Part shown: positions 22,712 through 34,793 of the stretch, piece after piece
How the letters are laid out: every line of letters begins with the position of its first letter
Numbering within the stretch: the stretch's first letter is position 1
Assembly: GCA_048213135.1 (NCBI GenBank)
Contig: PS015471.1
Coordinates: forward strand, 44,583 to 79,375
Length of the DNA: 34,793 nucleotides
Reading direction: 5' to 3'
From: Reclinomonas americana ATCC 50394
Taxonomy: Eukaryota
Program-made: the position numbers and the translations under genes
The notes under the pieces: model-generated
Told to the model about the DNA's origin: nothing
Databases searched by the model: none
Seen by the model: the letters and a program-made list of their open reading frames with translations, nothing else

Positions 22712-24186
22712 ATGCGCTTCGTGGCGGGCGGTGCACTGCGGTCACCGCGGTTAGCCGCCGTCATTGTGCTGCTGGTGGTGCTCACAGCCATGGGCGCCGT
22801 GTATGCGCTGCTCACCACGCGGTTCGCGCTCTCTCTCAGTCTCTCTCTGTCTCTCTCGCTCGTGTTCTTTACGTTTTCGTTTGCAGGTGTCAGCGGCAAC
22901 TGTACGCCGTGGAGAGTGTGAGTCAGGCGCAGACGGCGTCGCTGCTGCGTCGTAAGAATGCGGTGGTGGAGCGGCTGAAAGATCGCATTGGCGAGTTGCG
23001 CAGTCGAGTGCGCGAGTTGGAGAAGCAGGTGCGTGCGGCCGCCAAGCAGCAAGAGGGTGCAGCGGTGGTCGATGAACAGCCGGGAGATGATGTTGATGTC
23101 GATGTTGATGATGATGATAACAACGGCGACGATGATGTGGACTTGTGGGAGGGCGAGGAAGCGATCGATGACAACGCGGATGATCGTGACAAGTCATCGA
23201 CACTGCCTGTCGACAAGTCGTCGTCGGCGGTGGTGCCCATTCCGCTGGTGATCATGACGTACAATCGTGCCGATTACCTCAAGCGATGCCTCGATTCGGT
23301 GTTCTCGAGGCTGCCGCCGGCAACCGGCGACAGTCAGTCGTGGGCGTACGACATTTATGTGTCGCAGGATGGCAACGACCCATCGATCCCGCGCGTCACG
23401 CAGCAGTATTCGCGCATTGTCGACCACTTTCAGCATCCGCGCAACCCGCCGCTCCCGAGTGCGCTGCCGCCGGGCGAGCTGCCGGTGTATCACGCCATTG
23501 CTGCGCACTACAAGTGGGCCATTGATCGCGTCTTTGCCGAGAATCCGGCCTACAAGGAGATTGTGCTGCTGGAGGGTGAGTGCTGCGGCGAGTCAGAGTA
23601 GGCGGCTTGGCGCACACGATTGACCTCGTGGTGCAGAGGATCTGGAGATCGCGCCTGATTTTTTCGAGTACTTTGCCGCCATGCGCCAGCCCCTGCATCG
23701 CTTTCCGTACATGTACTGCGTGTCGGCATTCAACGACAACGGGAACCCGGAGTTTGTGCGGTACGAAGAAGCGCGCATGTGTGTGTGCGTATGTGTGGGT
23801 TGTTGTCGCTCACTCCACGCAGCGATCCACAAGCGTTGCATTTGACCGACTTTTTCCCTGGTCTCGGTTGGATGCTGACACGCAAACTGTGGGAGACCGA
23901 GCTGCGCTCCAAGTGGCCGTCGGGCTACTGGGACGACTGGCTGCGACTGCCGCAGCATCGGCAAAAGCGATTCTGCATCCGGCCAGAGGTAGTTGCCGAT
24001 GTTGCTGCCGCACCAGAGTGCGTGTGTGTAACTGAAAAGAGTATGGCGGAACAGGTTTCGCGCACCAAGACATTCGGCGAGCGTGGCAGCAGCGAGGGAC
24101 AGTTCTACGCGCAACATCTGGCTTCCATTAAGTTGAACAGCGAGATGATTCGGTGGACCAAGAAGAACCTGTCGTTCATTGAGCAG
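22712..24186 (+). CDS. MGAT1: Alpha-1,3-mannosyl-glycoprotein beta-1,2-GlcNAc transferase (GnT-I, GT13); 3' end in gap
   Basis: Type II anchor LAAVIVLLVVLTAMGAVYALL; coiled-coil/acidic stem; TYNR, VSQDG, IAAHYKWA, LE|EDLEIAPDFFEYF, VSAFNDNG, TDFFPGLGWML, WDDWLR, CIRPE|VSRTKTFG..GSS.GQFY. Confidence 0.88.
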
Positions 24187-24994
24187 GTACGTGTGACGCA
24201 CGTGCGCGCGCGTGTGTGTGTGTATGTGGGCAAGCACCCACCAACGCCACCGCTNNNNNNNNNNNNNNNNNNNNNNNNNNNNNNNNNNNNNNNNNNNNNN
24301 NNNNNNNNNNNNNNNNNNNNNNNNNNNNNNNNNNNNNNNNNNNNNNNNNNNNNNNNNNNNNNNNNNNNNNNNNNNNNNNNNNNNNNNNNNNNNNNNNNNN
24401 NNNNNNNNNNNNNNNNNNNNNNNNNNNNNNNNNNNNNNNNNNNNNNNNNNNNNNNNNNNNNNNNNNNNNNNNNNNNNNNNNNNNNNNNNNNNNNNNNNNN
24501 NNNNNNNNNNNNNNNNNNNNNNNNNNNNNNNNNNNNNNNNNNNNNNNNNNNNNNNNNNNNNNNNNNNNNNNNNNNNNNNNNNNNNNNNNNNNNNNNNNNN
24601 NNNNNNNNNNNNNNNNNNNNNNNNNNNNNNNNNNNNNNNNNNNNNNNNNNNNNNNNNNNNNNNNNNNNNNNNNNNNNNNNNNNNNNNNNNNNNNNNNNNN
24701 NNNNNNNNNNNNNNNNNNNNNNNNNNNNNNNNNNNNNNNNNNNNNNNNNNNNNNNNNNNNNNNNNNNNNNNNNNNNNNNNNNNNNNNNNNNNNNNNNNNN
24801 NNNNNNNNNNNNNNNNNNNNNNNNNNNNNNNNNNNNNNNNNNNNNNNNNNNNNNNNNNNNNNNNNNNNNNNNNNNNNNNNNNNNNNNNNNNNNNNNNNNN
24901 NNNNNNNNNNNNNNNNNNNNNNNNNNNNNNNNNNNNNNNNNNNNNNNNNNNNNNNNNNNNNNNNNNNNNNNNNNNNNNNNNNNNNNNNNNNNNN

Positions 24995-27244
<2,250 letters not shown>

Positions 27245-27324
27245 GGAAGCTCGTGTGTCAATCAACTGTAGACGATTGGCGTGGTGCGAATACACAAGCG
27301 ACTTTATATATGCTGGAAACTGAC

Positions 27325-29335
27325 TCAAGTAAATCCCGCCTGTGCCAGCGGCCTTCCACTGTCCACTGGCAGCCCTCTTGCCGAGGAGACCGGTACCGCT
27401 TCGCCACCGTTGGTCATGGAGAAGTGTTCCCGGAAACCGGCGTACCGCAAAAACGCATCAATCTCATCGTGTCGCGCGACGGGTTGAGCCGCTGGCTCTG
27501 CTACGGCGGCGGCTGTTGGTGTTGGTGGTGCTTGCTGGTGATGTTGTTGTTGCTGCTGCTGGTGTTGTTGTTGCTGTTGTGAGAGGTGCGCGGCGTGGGC
27601 AAACACTGTGCGTGGTGACGGCTGGCCACTATGCTGGTATTGCGACATGGCTCGCCGCGCAGGCGAGAGGCTCTGTGAGCCGCCCAGGAGCGTCGACAGG
27701 GGCACCGTTACTGTGCTGGACATGGCAGCAGCGCCACGGGGCGAGGTCAGGAACGCGTTGTGGTAATGTTGCTGGTAGCTGGCCTCCTGCTGGCGAGCTC
27801 GCACGGCATCTCGATCCGACGCCTGCTGGTACAGCCGTTCAAATGGCGAACCGTCACGGTACAGCGACCGACTGCGTGGGTTGATCGACGGCACACCTCG
27901 GCTCGGTGAACCTGCACGAATCACGCTCGTGTGAGACACACTGCTCACCAAGCACCCTCTCCGTTCCCCCACACGCAACTGTCTTCGCGCAGCGTGGCCA
28001 GCTTCTCCTCGCGCTGCCGTTGGAACTCATACGCCCGTTCGACCACGGGCTTGCCCTCGGGAGCCACCTTGCGTGCCAGCTTCTTCGAGCGCTCGTTCAG
28101 CTCCGGCTTGAAGGTGAGATCACGCGTGCGTTCCTCCTCCATGCGTTTCTCAATCGCGTGCAGATTGTCCTTCTTCACCTCCACCCACTGGTGCAGCGCC
28201 TCGATGCCGCGGTTGAGGGTCTTGGAGCGTTTGTTGATCTGCGGCTTGGCCTGCACCTCCTTCAACTCCATGTCCTTCAGTTGCTGCGTCTGCCGCTCCA
28301 GCTCCTCCTTTCGTTGCGTCTCCAACACGTCCATGCGCTCCCGGATGGGTGCTACTCAACGGAGGTGAGAAACGTGCGCAAAACAAAGAGACGCGATGTG
28401 GGCGACAAACCGAGAGAGGCCGTCAGCTTTCGCGATTTCTTCGAGATCTCCGGTCGATTCCTCAGCTCGGCTGTCTCCGCGGCCTCCCGCTCCGCACGAA
28501 TCGCATCACGCTTCACCGTCGCCGCCTCCTTGTGCCGCAGCAGCCGCTCGGCCACCAGCTTGGCTCGGGACATTGTAATCTTCTTGTTTGACGGTCGCCA
28601 CCCCGGCGTGTCGACATCCACACTCTCCCCTCGCGCCGACCCACGTGCCGACGCTGCCGTCGCAGCCACCACCGCCCCTGCAGCGGCCGCCGAGCTCGGC
28701 GAAGGCGTCGCTGCCGCCTGCTGCTGTCGTCTCCGCCCTGCCGACGCATCACGCGGTGCCGATCGACTGCGCAAACGAAATCACATGAGTGCAACGACGA
28801 CGATGGCAGCGAGCGCACGCACGAGAACAAACCTGCGTCCATTGGAGGCAGCGCGACGTGGAGTCACCGCCGCCGACTCCTCCGCCTCCGGCTCCTCGCG
28901 ATCCACACTCACTCGTCGCCGCACCTCCACCGCCGTGCCACCCAGCATCTTCGACAGCTCCGAGAGCGCTGCCTGTGTGTGTGTGTGCGTGTGTGGTGAG
29001 ACAACAAACACAAGAGAAAAATCGAAGAGCGGACCACTCGCATCAGCAAAACGGACCTCCAACTGATCACGATTCTGGTACGCTGGCACCGCCGCTGCTG
29101 ATCCTCCGCGCGACAGTGCCGTGCGCGATGACGTGTCGCCCTGTCGCCCACCCGCGCCATTGGCGGCGGCGTGATAAAAGGCGTTGCCGAGGGCACTGCG
29201 CGTCTTTGTGGCTCCTCCTTGCTCAGAAGAGACACCAAAGAAGCGTCGCGCATCGCTGCCTGCGTCGTCCTCGTCGCTGTCGGTGTAGTAGTGCGCAATC
29301 ATGCCCAGCGCATCCTCAGCACGTACGTCCACCAT
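27325..29335 (-). CDS. Uncharacterised coiled-coil protein with four PxIxxxSxxL repeats and a poly-Q tract, about 5 exons
   Basis: Frame-consistent exons with RPEISKKSRKL, KPQINKRSKTL, FKPELNERSKKLA and VPSINPRSRSL, plus ER(M/AY/LY) helices. The start (29335 or 29302) is uncertain. Confidence 0.65.
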
Positions 29336-29443
29336 CTCTCACACACACACACACAGCGAAAAGAAGAAGAGCTGCCGAGCGGCTCCCAATCAATCCATCT
29401 GCTGAAATATCGAAGGAGGGCCCGCTCGCTGTGTCTCTCACAA

Positions 29444-32400
29444 ATGCATCGCAGTGCGGCGGCCTGGTCGGCCTGGCGTGTGCAGCAAACACAGCAAGGC
29501 GAGCTGGACGATGTGGAAGAAGAGGTGGCGCTGATGAAGGCGTGGATTATGAACTTTCCGGTGGAGTCCTCCGCGCTGCCTCTGGCGTCGTCTGTCACAC
29601 TAGATGTCGATGGTTTGCGCATGAGGCAAGGAGTGGACAGTGTGTGTGTGTGTGTGTGTTGCTTATGTGTGGTTGTGCGCAGTGGCGGCGGCGGCGGCGG
29701 TGCAACAGAGTGGAGTGCTCACGCCGCTGTCGGCGTTGGTGGTCAGTTTGCCTCCTCGCGCACACACACACATATGCTGTCTCTCTCTCATGAGTGTACG
29801 TATGTGCGCGCGCAGACGGATGACTCGTCGTCGTCGTCCATGTCGTCGCCACCGGTGACCACGCGCATGGTGCCGGCATTTGCTGACGATGTTCGTAAAA
29901 GGGGGTTGACTGCCGTCTATGCGTGTGTGTTCGGCCCTGTGCTCACCATTGCGTTGCAGCAGCACGTGAGTGCATCACAGAAACCACCGCCGGTGGTGGT
30001 GCCGGATGAGGTGCGGCGTTGTGCGGTGGTGTGTTTGCTGTTTGTGTCGCTTGCTGATCATGTAAGTGTACACTCGCAGTTTCTGCCATCTCCGGTTCCG
30101 TCGTTTGCATCGACCGCGGTGACGGCCACGGCGGCTGCAGTAGCAGCGACACAGCCGCTCCCGTCGCTGGTCAATGCTACGCTGGTGAGTGGCCTTTTGT
30201 GTGCATGTTGTCGGATGAGGAGATGAGTCTCACACCAGCGGCGGTGCATTGCAGGCGGGAAAGCCGTCGGCAGTCGCGCAGCAGGAACCGCAGCAGGCAT
30301 CAGTCACTAACGTCGTTCGCACTGCCGCGCCGCCGCCGCCGCCGCCGCCGACTGCATCTGCTGCAGTTGCGCGCGCGCGTGCTCTCGGAGCTCACTGGTT
30401 TCTTTGCTGCTCACTCGCACCACAGCAGCGCACTGTGCATGTCGTGGACGTCGGCATGGGTGGTGCCGACGACGAAGATGTGGAACAGGAACCGGAGCCG
30501 CATGTTAGGTTACCAACGCCGCTGGCATCGTTGGCCCATTACACCGACGGTGATCGGGATAGCGACGGCGAGGTCTGGTGTTCTGTGTGGACACGCTTCG
30601 CTCTACCTCACTGTTGCACTCAACGCTTCACCGTCGTGCGCAGTCGGACGACACCCCGCCGCCCACGCCGACTCCTGCAGTACAGGCGCCGTCAACGTTG
30701 CCGCCGCCGGAACCGCCGGTCGCACCAAGCTCGCCATTCTTGAGACCATTCGCAGTGGTTTCGAACTCACCGGCCACTCCCACTTCGGCTTCCGCCGCAC
30801 CCCTGGCGGAGTTGGTGGGTTTCTTTGATTGCCACGTCGCTGTGCGAATGCACTGTGGAGACATGACTTCTGAATGGTCTGTCTCTGTGTGTGTCACAGA
30901 GTCCGTGGCTGGGAGCGTACAGTGACTCGCACGACTCGGACGACTCGGACAACGAAGCCGACAACGATGTCGACAGTGAGCCCATGTCGCCTCCACCTCC
31001 ACCTCCTCCACCTCCACCGCCAGCGCCGCCGCAACCGCAAAAGCAGCATCAGGCGCCGAAGACAACTGTTATGGAGTCACCGGCGGTCACGCATGCAGCG
31101 GCGAATCGTGCAGTGGCTGCAGTGGTGCACAATGACACTCACAGTGCGACAACGGAGAGCACAGCGGAACCGTCGGACGCCGACGACACCACTATTCCGT
31201 CGCCGGCCATGGTCGGCAAGTCGCCATCGGCTCCCCCAGCTCTGCCTACCAGTGCACTTGGAGACAGCAACGGTGCACTCGTGAGGCATCCGTCGCTGGA
31301 TACGTATGAGGAGGAGGAGGAGGAGGAAGAGGCGAATGGGAGAAAGGAGAATGGCGACGGCGGCGATGGCGACGACGGTGGTGATGATGATGACGACGAC
31401 GACGACTGGCAAGTCACCGAAGAGTCCGACGTTTCGGAGGCCGGCAACAGCAAAGGCGGAGTGCCGCAGATTGAGATCAGTGCCGTGCCGGGAGGAACGA
31501 AGAGACATGCAGGAGAGCGCCGTCATTCTGCTGGCGATGGACGAAGTAACGGTTATCACGGCTCTCATGAGAACGGCGGCGGCGATGACGACGATGACGA
31601 CGATGATGAGCTGTTTGATCGAAAATCAGATGCGGAGCACTTTCTGGAGGCTCTGGAGGCCGAGCTTGCCGCCAGTGCACCGACAAGTCAGCGCAACAGT
31701 GCGAGGGGTTCGAGGTTAGCTTTTTTCTTGCTCGTGCGTGTGTTTGTGTGCACGGCGATGTTTCTCATGCAGCTATCGCTGTTGTGCATGCAGCAATGTC
31801 TCGCTGTCACTGTCGCGCTCAAGTACACGCAGTGCGCCGCAGAGTGCGCGTGATGTAGAGGTGCAGCACAGTGCGCGCAGCGAAGGCAGTGCGTATGCGC
31901 ATGTGGAAGTTCTCGGAGGGGCGACAACAGCGCTGTCAGAGACGCAGCTCAGAGTGTGTCACCCGTGTGCTTGTGCTTGGTTCTCGTCAACTCACTCACG
32001 CATCTCAACGATCGCTGCAGCCACCGGAGGCGAGTCTCGACGGCTCCTATTCCAGTCACTCGATATCGGCGCCAGTTTCACCGGCACCAAGTGCAGGATC
32101 CAGCGCCAGCTCTCGGTCACGTACGGTTGCTAGCGACAAGGCAATACCCGTGTCTGCTATAACGGTGGCTCCCAGTGTTATCGCTCCAGCAGCAAACGAG
32201 GCTGTGAAGAAGCAGCTGCCGTTGACTCCTGCTGCTCCTCCGGCTTCAACTGTGCATTCTGTGTCGACTGCTCCTGTTGCAACTGCGGCTCTTGCCGCTT
32301 TGGCTGCTCCGACTGCTTCCATTGTGCCTGCTGCGTTGGCTGTCCATTCTGCTGCGGCTGCTCCGACTGGTTCCATTGCTGGATCAACCGCTCCTGCTGC

Positions 32401-34167
32401 AGCTGCTATGGCTGCCACGGCTGCTCCAACTGCATCGGCTATCCGTTCTGCTATAGCTGTACCAGCTGCAACCGTTGTTACTGGCTCAACGGCTCCACCT
32501 GCTGCTGCTGCTGCTCTTGCTGTAGCAGCGCCTACTGCTTCAGCTGTCCGCGCCGCCGGTGCTCCTGTTGCTGGCTCAACGGCCTCGGCTGCATCGGCTG
32601 CCCATTCTACTGTGCCTGCTCGCGTCGCATCGGCTACTCCTGTTGCTGCCTCAGCCGCTCCAACTGCTTCGCAACAAGCGTCGTACAGTGACAGCGACGA
32701 GGAACTGGTCGAGAAGGTCTCGAGCGAAGAAGAAGAGGGTGAGGACGTCGAAGAGGAGGGTGGCGACAAGAAGGACGACAAGTCGGGAACCCACCAGCGA
32801 ATGTTGAAACTGGCGCAGGCGCGGAGTCGCAGGTGAGTGACACCCACTGGATTTCGCGGTTGCACAGCGTCGCCCCTCACCCTGTCCTCCCCAGCGTGCC
32901 GTCGGTGGCGTTCTTTGAAGGTGCGGGAGGTCGTGGCCGCAGTTACAGCAGCCACTCGTCGTCGCTCGAGAGTGAACCAGCTGAGGAACCGGAGGTTGCT
33001 GGGCGCGCACGAGGCCTCAGTCGCGCCTCTGCAATGACCGACTCGTCTGACATGTTGTCGGTCACCAGTGGCGGCGCGGCACCCATGCGGTTCAGGAATC
33101 CCATGCACGACCACGACTTGCCACCATCGCCGGCCAGATTACTGTTGCCCGAGTATGATGTCGCCTTCGAGAATCAACTGTATCGTGGCCCACCTCCGCC
33201 TCCACAGCAGCAACAAACAGTAGCGGTATGGACGCGTGTGTATCTGTGTACTGTGGCACACTGTGTGAGTCTGCTCACTCCCTTGTTTTAGCCATCGGCT
33301 GCGCTCAAGCAAGTGGCAGCCCGAAGAGCGAGCTTGCATCCGGATCTGCTGCGCTCCACTACTACCGCCTCTGCAACTGCAGCAGCGNNNNNNNNNNNNN
33401 NNNNNNNTTTCATCTGTCTAGTATGATCACGTGCATGCTGGCTGATGCACGTCGTACAGTCGAGCTGTCGGATATTTTTTCACTGCAGCTGAACGACGGC
33501 AACTCGTACCGCCACTCGATGGTCATCGATTTGCGCAGTGGCGACGAGCTCGAACTGAGCACCACCAATCGACAAGACTTTATTGTGTTCTTCGATGGCC
33601 TCCGTGCGCTGCGCGACGAAGAGCCCAAGTGTGTGGAAACGTTGCAGGAGGTCGGCCTCATGTCGTCCATTCACCAGCTCGAGCGCGACGAACAGGTGTT
33701 TTTTACTGCTGTGTTGTTGTTGTTGTTGTTCAGAGCTTACATCGCTTCCTCAGCTGCGCATGTCACGGCGGCGATCGACGGTAGCCTCATCACAGTTTCT
33801 GTCGCTGGTGGCGCCGCCATTGCCGCCACCTGTGGACGACGAGTCCAGCATGTCGTCTGTCTCCGAGGTGGATGATCCGGCGCTCGATGCCGACGCTGCA
33901 CTCCTCGCCGCCGTTCTCGGCAACCCACACAATCAGCCGTACAACTTTGGCGACATTGACGGACTGGAAGACATGGAGGAGCTGTTGTCGGAGGAAGAGG
34001 CAAGTTCAGAGGACCTGCCGCCGCCGTTGCCGGAACCCTTGGGTGGCGCTGGCGCTGCGGGCGAGGGAGAAGAAGCGTGGTCGTCGGAGGTGTGGGACGC
34101 GAACGCGCAGCCTGATGCAGACTTGGGCACCGATGCCGACGCCGAGAGTGGCGACGAGATGAGATAG
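29444..34167 (+). CDS. Large Pro/Ala/Ser/acidic low-complexity protein with C-terminal ELMO-like PH segment (may be two genes separated by the gap at 33388-33407)
   Basis: About 13 introns keep one frame from ATG 29444 to the gap. After the gap: ELSDIFSL...SMVIDLRSGDELELSTTNRQDFIVFFDGLRAL, then APPLPPP and PYNF, ending at TAG 34165-34167. Confidence 0.6.
32130..32670 (+). repeat. Degenerate coding repeat (AAPTAS / GSTAP units), Ala-Pro-Thr-Ser rich
   Basis: AAPTAS or AAPTGS recurs five times and GSTA(P/S) three times; dominated by GCT/CCT/ACT codons. Confidence 0.7.
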
Positions 34168-34406
34168 CCTTCGGCCACCAAGCAGCCGTTGAGGCGGAGT
34201 GGCGCTCGCAAGAGGGGGACGAAGACGAGTGTGTCCACAGGGGTGTGGCCGATCGTCGCAGAAAATCGCGACCATTGTTCTTGCCACGGTGTCGTATGAC
34301 AGTGTATTGTTTCTTGTTTTGATGGAGGGAACAGAGAGATGGAAGGTGACACCGCAGGAAGAGGAGAGGAGGACGAGCAATTTTCAAGTCACATTTCTCG
34401 CGCACC

Positions 34407-34715
34407 ATGACTGGAGTGAACCATTGCCGCGATGCGCTCGAGTGCATTGTGCGCCGCCTGGTGCGCAGCCCCGGAAGCGATCTGGCACTCGCTCTCGACT
34501 GTGTGGAAGTGATTGCAACGCGTATCCGACAGGCCACGCCATCGCTGATTGAGGTGAGTGCTCGTGTGTGTCTGCCTGTGTGTGCGTGAACGCACACTCT
34601 CACCGCTGTGAGAACCCTCGCCAGGATGCTGTATCACTGCTGCAAACGGCTCCGTCGGCAGGCAAGCTGGTGCCGAGTTTCATCTCGCGTCTCTTGGCGA
34701 TGCGGCAACATTTGG

Positions 34716-34772
<57 letters not shown>

Positions 34773-34793
34773 TGTCGCAGTCGCCGTACCCGT
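34407..34793 (+). CDS. 5' part of an unknown, probably helical protein running off the right edge
   Basis: MTGVNHCRDALECIVRRL...SLIE|GTGAGT...CAG|DAVSLLQ...AMRQHL|GTGTGT; two frame-consistent exons. Confidence 0.5.
34723..34769. repeat. (GA)n microsatellite, intronic
   Basis: About 23 perfect GA units. Confidence 0.95.

Noticed and set aside
14135-24186. Operon-like glycosylation cluster (GT77, secreted protein, PPase, MGAT1)
   Set aside because: Interrupted by Hsp110 and on mixed strands; chance adjacency is likely in such a compact genome. Only the pairwise links are kept as low-confidence findings.
32056-33114. Long antisense ORFs (also 288-1037, 27906-29066, 19868-20755)
   Set aside because: Shadow frames of GC-rich or low-complexity coding exons on the other strand; no independent motifs or splice structure.

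Overview
Gene-dense, GC-rich, intron-rich genomic DNA from a draft assembly of a microbial eukaryote (protist-like; organism not identifiable from sequence). There are eight N-gaps and many (GT)n/(GA)n microsatellites, mostly inside short introns of roughly 55-260 bp. Tracing reading frames by hand across GT-AG junctions gives about 14 genes with very short spacers: RELCH/KIAA1468 (-), SNU13 (+), uroporphyrinogen-III synthase (+), an E. coli-like TatD nuclease (+), a Kelch-ankyrin-BTB protein (-), a GT77-like glycosyltransferase (+), an unknown secreted protein (+), Hsp110 (+), a family I pyrophosphatase with an N-terminal hydrophobic segment (-), GnT-I/MGAT1 (+), a TQY MAP kinase (-), a PxIxxxSxxL-repeat protein (-), a large low-complexity protein ending in an ELMO-type PH segment (+), and the start of an unknown gene. 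The most striking signal is in the splice code. Of about 94 donors traced, about 18 are exactly GTTGCG (GTGCG with an extra T, so the conserved G is at +6, not +5), and 16 of those 18 lack the exonic -1 G that most other donors carry. This suggests an abundant second class of 5' splice site read in a shifted register. All gene models are manual and lack transcript or database support; family calls rest on recalled motifs.
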